DNA from: a virus | IMG/VR virus record: IMGVR_UViG_3300025266_000004 | Location: 1-64,000 of that record | Length of the DNA: 64,000 bases | Direction: 5' to 3' (one strand) | Translations under genes and position numbers: made by a program | Notes under the pieces: generated by a model | Database searches by the model: none | What the model saw: only the letters and a program-made list of their open reading frames with translations | What the model was told of the DNA's origin: nothing | Shown here: one piece after another, positions 57,764 to 64,000 of the stretch | Position numbering within the stretch: position 1 is the stretch's first letter | Layout of the letters: each line of letters starts with the position of its first letter

Positions 57764-59362
57764 ATGAAACTAAGATTTCAAATACTTAGTCCTAATAACA
57801 CTGGAACACCTGACTACAATATCTGTAGTCAGGCTTCTAGTAATGTAGCATTAACAAACACTTCTTTAAAGGTTGTTATAGATGGTACTACTATATTAGA
57901 TACTACTAATTTAGCTACATACACTTTACCTAATGGTACTATAACTACTACTACTAATAGCATTGCTGTTTCAAGCATTCAAAGAGTAAATACAAACTTT
58001 ATTGAAATGACTATAGCAATGACTACTATTCAAGAGATTGATGCTATTATTAATGTAAGTAAAGTAGGTTACCTCCCATATAATAACATATTTAAGTTAT
58101 TCGGATATGATTTAGGTAACAATCTTAATCAGAATAATACAGGTGGTACTGCTATTACCTATAATCCTAATATGGATATTTACCTCGTCAACGAAACAAA
58201 TAACGTTGTAGGTGGTAATCAAACAAAAGCGTTTTCTGTTTTTACACACTATAGAAAACCTTTTACTAATGATATTTATCTATATAATTTATCTAGTACA
58301 CAAGGTGCTATAAAATATGTAGACGCGAATAGTGATAATTTACTTACTGTTCCAAATGGTTTTATAACCGAAAAAGCAACTATAGATATACAACAAGTGG
58401 TTGAGATTAGTGGATATATTAATGGTGTTTATTCTACAATCTCCAGTTGTAGTACATTATTATTAACGGCTAGCAGTGAAGACTACATACCAACATATGA
58501 AGTGAGTACTAATTGTGAAACTAATTGTGGTATTAATGAATGTAGTACTACTATTGATTCTTTAAACAAAGCTAGTACTTTTATTGATTACAGTGGTGTT
58601 GTACAATTGTATATTAATGATGCTATTTCGTACCCTTATCCAACACAAACAATAGAATATAGTTTAATAGATTTTACAGGTAATGAAATAAATAGTCAAG
58701 CTTATAGTTTTACATTAACTTCACCAACATCTTATGTATATAACCATTCAACATACGATTGGTCTAATTTTCCAATACCTGAAGTAGGTGATTATGTATT
58801 ACAGATAAAAATAGGTTCACCTAATATTTATACTTGTACTAAGACACTTAAAATAAAAAGTTGTAATTGGTTCGAAATACAACAAACTAGTTGTGACGAA
58901 TATACTATTACTAATAATTCTTTTGATGATTTAAGTCTTGTTATTACTAAGTTAAATGATACTAAAGTTTTTGAAGCTTATAAGACTATTGTATTTGGTA
59001 ATTTGAGTTCTGTTAAAGAAGTTTTAGCAACTGATGGTTTATATAAATTCAGTGTTACTAGAAACTCTAAAGAATACTCTTTTATAGTTGTTAATTACTG
59101 TGCTATAAAGAACTGTCTAATTAAATATATATCGAGTATCCTATGTCCAGAAGATTGTGGTTGTGAAGAGAATAAGGACACGACTAATTTTAATAGTACT
59201 GTAATGTTAGCTATAACATTCTTTAATATGTTGAACTCAGAGTATAATTTTAATTATATTTATGAAAGTATTGAATCAGATAAATTAGATAGTTTATTTG
59301 AGATTTCTACAGTACTTAATAAACTTAATGAAAATTGTGCTGATAATGACTGTGATTGTTAA
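57764..59362 (+). CDS. Structural or tail-associated protein
   Basis: 532 aa, N/T/S-rich with a Cys-rich C-terminus. Confidence 0.55.
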   Translation: MKLRFQILSPNNTGTPDYNICSQASSNVALTNTSLKVVIDGTTILDTTNLATYTLPNGTITTTTNSIAVSSIQRVNTNFIEMTIAMTTIQEIDAIINVSKVGYLPYNNIFKLFGYDLGNNLNQNNTGGTAITYNPNMDIYLVNETNNVVGGNQTKAFSVFTHYRKPFTNDIYLYNLSSTQGAIKYVDANSDNLLTVPNGFITEKATIDIQQVVEISGYINGVYSTISSCSTLLLTASSEDYIPTYEVSTNCETNCGINECSTTIDSLNKASTFIDYSGVVQLYINDAISYPYPTQTIEYSLIDFTGNEINSQAYSFTLTSPTSYVYNHSTYDWSNFPIPEVGDYVLQIKIGSPNIYTCTKTLKIKSCNWFEIQQTSCDEYTITNNSFDDLSLVITKLNDTKVFEAYKTIVFGNLSSVKEVLATDGLYKFSVTRNSKEYSFIVVNYCAIKNCLIKYISSILCPEDCGCEENKDTTNFNSTVMLAITFFNMLNSEYNFNYIYESIESDKLDSLFEISTVLNKLNENCADNDCDC

Positions 59363-59874
59363 TGTTTTTACGTGTAAATAAAACTACGGTACTTGAAGAG
59401 AAACTAGATAAGGTATTTACTTACTTTAGAAAGAGATTGGTGAACTTACACACTAAAGAAATTAATCAGGACAACCTATTTGGTACTAGTGATATACATA
59501 AAGAAGTACAGATTATTTATATTGCTATTCTTTTAGGTGCTATTGAATACGATAATACACTTAAGATTGAAGATTATGTAGTTGATACTACTAAGTTCAA
59601 GGGCGTACTAGCCTGTAATAGTGTTGACTTATTGGAGGTATATAGATTGTTTGGTTTATTGAATGACGACACTATAGGTATTAATACTGTTAGTATAGAG
59701 ACTACTCATGTTGTCGAACCTAATGTATTTGAAGATACTACTATATATACAAAACACGATATAAAAGAACTATTAAATACTAATGATAGTTGTAAATACG
59801 TTACAACTGGTGAAGAGTTCCATTTAATAGTAGGAAGAGATATTAATAATAACGAAATACATTTAGAAATATAA
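59362..59874 (+). CDS. Hypothetical structural-module protein
   Basis: TAATG overlap with the upstream gene supports a start at 59362. Confidence 0.55.
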   Translation: MFLRVNKTTVLEEKLDKVFTYFRKRLVNLHTKEINQDNLFGTSDIHKEVQIIYIAILLGAIEYDNTLKIEDYVVDTTKFKGVLACNSVDLLEVYRLFGLLNDDTIGINTVSIETTHVVEPNVFEDTTIYTKHDIKELLNTNDSCKYVTTGEEFHLIVGRDINNNEIHLEI

Positions 59875-59875
59875 A

Positions 59876-60580
59876 ATGGTAGAAGGTAAAAAATTGTTAG
59901 AACTAGATTTACAAACAAATCCTAATGATAATGATGGTATATATATATACGATAGTATCACTAAAACTAGTAAAAGAACTACTTTGTCTTATATACAAAG
60001 TTATATTAATATTCAAAGTGGTGTACCTCCTGTGACACCTACACAAGTTAGTCAGAGGTTTGAGTCTGCTAGTAATTATGATATTATTTACACAGGTGCT
60101 AATTTAAATACTGTTGAAACATTACCAACACCTATTACAACTACTGCTATACCGTATAATTTCTTTAAAGATGTTGGATCTATTGTAGAGATAGATTTAG
60201 AATGGGATGTACTATTGACTGTTGTAAATTTTAATTTATTTGATAAAGTTAGTATAAAAGGGAATATAAATGGAACAGCTGTTGCTTTTAGTACTTACGG
60301 TAACGGACAAACAAAAGTATTAAATAGTGTAAAAATAAAATTAATAAATATAGACGGTTCTATATTAAAAGGATTTATAGAGAATACTGATGTTACTACT
60401 TTCGCAGCCAGTGGAGGTGTACGTATGGAAAAGAAAAGAGTAACTTTTAGTCCTACTAGCGATTTAATACTTACAATAGATAGTTTTGAGACTGCAATAA
60501 CTAATTTAACAACTGATACTGCTGTAGTGACTATCTTTAGCTCAACTATGAAAGCATTTAACCCACTTAAACTAACATAA
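59876..60580 (+). CDS. Tail-fibre-associated protein (putative)
   Basis: 234 aa, beta-strand-rich, in the tail region. Confidence 0.5.
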   Translation: MVEGKKLLELDLQTNPNDNDGIYIYDSITKTSKRTTLSYIQSYINIQSGVPPVTPTQVSQRFESASNYDIIYTGANLNTVETLPTPITTTAIPYNFFKDVGSIVEIDLEWDVLLTVVNFNLFDKVSIKGNINGTAVAFSTYGNGQTKVLNSVKIKLINIDGSILKGFIENTDVTTFAASGGVRMEKKRVTFSPTSDLILTIDSFETAITNLTTDTAVVTIFSSTMKAFNPLKLT

Positions 60581-60582
60581 CA

Positions 60583-61140
60583 ATGTCAGAACCATATAGA
60601 CAAGCAAAGGAAGAAGAATTAGTAAGTACACAAGATAGAATTAACTGGAATACAAATAGTACTAAAATGGGGTGGGTTGATTATAATGACTTAAACACAA
60701 GTACGAACCCTATTTCAGTTATAGGTGGTTTAGATTTTGTTGATATAACTAATGACGGAGAAGGAGCTTTTACAAATGTTAACTACCTTCCTTCTAATAT
60801 TACTAGTATATATAACGAAAATACAAATGAATTTAATTGGACACAGTTAAAATTAGGTGATACTATTGACATACGCTTAGATTTAGAAATTACAACTATC
60901 AGTACAAATACAGAAATAGATATTTATTTGTTGATGTCAATAGGTCAAAATCCATATCCTACACCATTTGTAACAGAAAAAAACTATAAAACAGTTGGTA
61001 CTTATAATATAAATGTACTAAATGGTATATATATGGGCGATTTAAATACTTTTAATGGTCCTGCTAAATTTCAAATAAAGTCTGATAAAACCTGTACAAT
61101 TAAAGTCAGAGGATGGTACTGTAAAATAATTAGATATTAA
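60583..61140 (+). CDS. Tail-fibre tip-like protein (putative)
   Basis: GWVDYND...IRLDL beta-sandwich-like sequence. Confidence 0.5.
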   Translation: MSEPYRQAKEEELVSTQDRINWNTNSTKMGWVDYNDLNTSTNPISVIGGLDFVDITNDGEGAFTNVNYLPSNITSIYNENTNEFNWTQLKLGDTIDIRLDLEITTISTNTEIDIYLLMSIGQNPYPTPFVTEKNYKTVGTYNINVLNGIYMGDLNTFNGPAKFQIKSDKTCTIKVRGWYCKIIRY

Positions 61141-61154
61141 ATAATATTACGACA

Positions 61155-62036
61155 ATGACAGTAAAAGAATATAGAGAGTTCTTTCTAAGAAACTCACAAG
61201 TAAACTCAGGAAGTAAAGTAGACAAAGAATTAGGTTTTGATACAACTTATATAATTGAAAATAAGACTGTGTTTAATAGGTTCTTAAAGGGGAATTATCC
61301 TAATGCAGAAGTGTATAAGAAACTGTTCGAATCTGTTACTTTTAAACTTAATGTAGAAGATACTGCACAAGAAGGTGTACAAGGACTTGTTAAATTGTCT
61401 ACTCAGGCACAGTTTGATGCAGGTAACGACTCCGATGCAGACAGTTTTTCATTACAGGCTAAGACAACACAGGTAAAAGCTCACGTAGCAGCGAGTATAA
61501 CAACTGCTGTAGGTAACAGACAGTACACACATCAAAATAATATATCAAATGGCGAGACTGTAACTGCCTCTTTAAATGGTTTAGATCAAGCGGTACAAAC
61601 TACTGAAACAAGTATAAATACGATTAATACTACTCTTACTACTTTATTACCTGTAGGTTCTATTATAATGTGGGCTGGTACTACTGCTCCAACAGGTTGG
61701 AATTTGTGTGATGGGACTAATAGTACACCTAATTTAAAAGGTAGATTTATAGTTGGTTACGATACATCGAATGGAGATTACAATGCAATAGGTAATATAG
61801 GTGGTGCAATGGATGTTACATTAACTGAAGCTCAGTTACCCGCACATTCACACGCACTTAAACAAACTCCAGGTAGTTTAGGTACAGGTACTAATGTCGA
61901 TGTTTTAACTGCTGCTGCAACTACCAGTCAATTAACTTTTAAATCAAATACAACTACAGGTAGTACAGCTGGTAGTGGAAACTCTCATGAGAATAGACCA
62001 CCTTACTATACATTAGCTTATATACAAAAAGCGTAA
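61155..62036 (+). CDS. Tail fibre protein with tail-collar domain
   Basis: PVGSIIMWAG...GWNLCDG...PNLKGRFIVG...HENRPPYYTLAYI. Confidence 0.85.
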   Translation: MTVKEYREFFLRNSQVNSGSKVDKELGFDTTYIIENKTVFNRFLKGNYPNAEVYKKLFESVTFKLNVEDTAQEGVQGLVKLSTQAQFDAGNDSDADSFSLQAKTTQVKAHVAASITTAVGNRQYTHQNNISNGETVTASLNGLDQAVQTTETSINTINTTLTTLLPVGSIIMWAGTTAPTGWNLCDGTNSTPNLKGRFIVGYDTSNGDYNAIGNIGGAMDVTLTEAQLPAHSHALKQTPGSLGTGTNVDVLTAAATTSQLTFKSNTTTGSTAGSGNSHENRPPYYTLAYIQKA

Positions 62037-62038
62037 TT

Positions 62039-62335
62039 ATGAAAGAGATAATTTTAAATAATATTAATCCAATTGATTTTACGGCATACTATATATTAGC
62101 TGTAATAGGTCTATCATTTAGTTTGTTTTTAGAAGCTTATGATACTAAAACAAAAGTAAATATTAAAGATTGGTTTAAAGAGAACAAAAAAAGAATAATA
62201 ATAAACTTAGTTACAATTGTATTTGGAGTATTATTTACAGAGAATATTAGTGGTGTAGAGTTAAACAGTTACACTTCTTTTTTAGCTGGTTTTACTACTG
62301 ATAAGATAATTAAGGTACTGAATAATAAAAAATAA
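62039..62335 (+). CDS. Holin-like membrane protein
   Basis: 98 aa with 2-3 hydrophobic helices. Confidence 0.55.
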   Translation: MKEIILNNINPIDFTAYYILAVIGLSFSLFLEAYDTKTKVNIKDWFKENKKRIIINLVTIVFGVLFTENISGVELNSYTSFLAGFTTDKIIKVLNNKK

Positions 62336-62336
62336 G

Positions 62337-62576
62337 ATGGGAAAAATGATTGGAACATATGTTGACTACTTAAAAGAACATTATATCGGAGGTACATTTG
62401 GATCTATTAGTGCGGTAGGAATAAGTTATTTAGACTTGAATGTTAAAGAGGTTTATGAGATGCTATTAGAAGTATTAAGATTTATAATACTTCTATTTGG
62501 TGCGGTTACTGCTATATTAGCATTTTATGGTAGATATATTAAAAAAGTAAAAACAAAAAAAAATAAAAAGAAATGA
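62337..62576 (+). CDS. Holin-like membrane protein
   Basis: 79 aa with hydrophobic helices and a basic C-terminal tail. Confidence 0.5.
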   Translation: MGKMIGTYVDYLKEHYIGGTFGSISAVGISYLDLNVKEVYEMLLEVLRFIILLFGAVTAILAFYGRYIKKVKTKKNKKK

Positions 62577-62800
62577 GTAGAGAAACAGAAGCTAGATTAG
62601 ATGTTCTTATTGCACAAGTTGATAAGTTACTTAATCCTGACCTTAATAAGTCGTTAGCACATAGTACTTTGTCAGGTGGGGAGAAGCAAATAATAATAGA
62701 CTATACAAATCTAAAAGGTGCTGATATTAAAAGACGTACTTTGCTGTATGATACAGCTGAAAATTTAGTGAGTGATACATACATATTAGCACCTTATTAA
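62573..62800 (+). CDS. Hypothetical protein
   Basis: 75 aa, tightly packed. Confidence 0.55.
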   Translation: MSRETEARLDVLIAQVDKLLNPDLNKSLAHSTLSGGEKQIIIDYTNLKGADIKRRTLLYDTAENLVSDTYILAPY

Positions 62801-62806
62801 AATACT

Positions 62807-63607
62807 ATGGAATATACTAACTTAACTACAGGTGATATAGAATCTGTATATACTAGAAACTACCCCGACCCACTTAACAATAAAGGAGAATTAATATATC
62901 CTTTATTTGCACAAGGTGGTAGTTACGATGAAGACGGTTTAAGACTGTATTTAAATAGTGGAATTTCTGATTCGTACAGTGGAACAGGTGTTGATTGGTT
63001 TGATTTAACATCAAATAGTTTTGATGCTTTATTATATAATGATCCAGTGTACTCGACAAATAACGGTGGACTACTTGCTTTAAATGGAGTAGATAATTAC
63101 GCAGATGTTGACCCTACTTTTGAGGTAGATTTGAGTAAAGAGTTTACTGTTCGTATGATAGTTAATCCTAGTTCTTTGGCTACAAGTAGACACGCATTAG
63201 CTACCTTTAAGACATCTGCTGGAACATCTTTTACAATATTTATATTTGCTTCTAATAATCAAGTTTTGGTAACTAGTATGGGTAACAATATTGTTAATAG
63301 TAGAACTGTTACCCCTCTTATAGCTGACACTTTTAATGAAGTTCTTATAAAGTACAATAATGGAGGTATTACTTTATTAGGTTCTTTTGAGATATACATA
63401 AATCAAGTTGAAGACAGTAGAGCGTCTGGTGCTAATCTTGGGAATGGTACTAATATTACAACTATTGGTGCTGTACCTATAGGTACTGGTAGGTTTTTCC
63501 TTTGGAGAGGTTATATACCTAAAGTCGAAGTGTTTGATAAATTAACAACTACAGCAGAAGATTTAAGTAGATATAATGCTGATAAACTAATATACAATTT
63601 ACCATAA
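62807..63607 (+). CDS. LamG/concanavalin-A-like domain virion protein
   Basis: GLRLYLN...SYSGTGVDWFDL...NGVDNY pattern. Confidence 0.75.
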   Translation: MEYTNLTTGDIESVYTRNYPDPLNNKGELIYPLFAQGGSYDEDGLRLYLNSGISDSYSGTGVDWFDLTSNSFDALLYNDPVYSTNNGGLLALNGVDNYADVDPTFEVDLSKEFTVRMIVNPSSLATSRHALATFKTSAGTSFTIFIFASNNQVLVTSMGNNIVNSRTVTPLIADTFNEVLIKYNNGGITLLGSFEIYINQVEDSRASGANLGNGTNITTIGAVPIGTGRFFLWRGYIPKVEVFDKLTTTAEDLSRYNADKLIYNLP

Positions 63608-63861
63608 TGACAAAATACGGAATAATAAAGATAAACCAACTACCAAAGATATACTTCTCAGAACTACATCAAACTAGTTTTGAGAGTTCTACTAAATCTA
63701 AGAATAAAAAGAAGCTAATTATATCTTTTGATATTGAACCTAGTTTCTTTAATGATATAGTATTTGAGGACATTTTCGGACGTACTTTATTTAGTGGCGA
63801 AGAGGTATCTCAGTTCCCTAAGTTGTTACCGTCTTCAATGATAAATGAGTGGTTGGTGTAA
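63607..63861 (+). CDS. Hypothetical protein
   Basis: 84 aa with a TAATG overlap. Confidence 0.6.
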   Translation: MTKYGIIKINQLPKIYFSELHQTSFESSTKSKNKKKLIISFDIEPSFFNDIVFEDIFGRTLFSGEEVSQFPKLLPSSMINEWLV

Positions 63862-63882
63862 TTAAAATTAAATATAAGAAAG

Positions 63883-64000
63883 ATGAAAATATTATCAATA
63901 TCAGGAGGAGAGACAAAACTTAGTGGTTTAGTAGGTATAGCAAGATCAGTAGTAGTAGAAAAAGGTTATAAACCTGATATTATTACTGGTAATTCTGCTA
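63883..64000 (+). CDS. Patatin-like phospholipase, N-terminal fragment (3' partial)
   Basis: MKILSISGGETKLSGLVG...PDIITGNSA has the glycine-rich loop and the start of a G-x-S-x-G motif. Confidence 0.7.
   Translation, partial: MKILSISGGETKLSGLVGIARSVVVEKGYKPDIITGNSA

Noticed and set aside
1-64000. Stop-codon reassignment, as in some crAss-like phages
   Set aside because: Core genes are intact in the standard code, TAG and TGA end genes, and no suppressor tRNA is visible.

Overview
This window is about 64 kb of an AT-rich crAss-like (Crassvirales-type) phage genome. The host is probably in the Bacteroidota, and the standard genetic code fits all long ORFs. There are three blocks. (1) 1-11008 (+): a giant virion RNA polymerase polyprotein, open past the 5' edge, with a DFDVD catalytic loop, a HELVH zincin motif and a helical C-terminal part. 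(2) 11126-42358 (-): replication genes (ligase, primase, SSB-like, recombinase-like, SF2 and SF1 helicases, PolA), preceded in transcription order by many small early genes interspersed with stem-closed noncoding elements, a tRNA-like RNA with an aberrant anticodon domain, and repeated intergenic motifs. (3) 43375-64000 (+): IHF-like protein, two nucleases, Tad2-like DUF2829 protein, amidase, TerL, portal, major capsid, tail and holin-like genes, and the start of a patatin-like gene. A roughly 1 kb divergent noncoding region (42360-43374) carries AGTCTCC repeats. The best leads are the cluster of structured RNA candidates at 37.3-40.2 kb, an EF-Tu P-loop-like peptide, a repeated EDF[S/L]PSQ motif bracketing the RNAP-zincin unit, a shared N-terminal FKIK motif in unrelated proteins, and an SSB-type DDDMPF tail on the first early gene. 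All calls come from motif recognition and base-pairing read by eye; no searches or folding programs were run.
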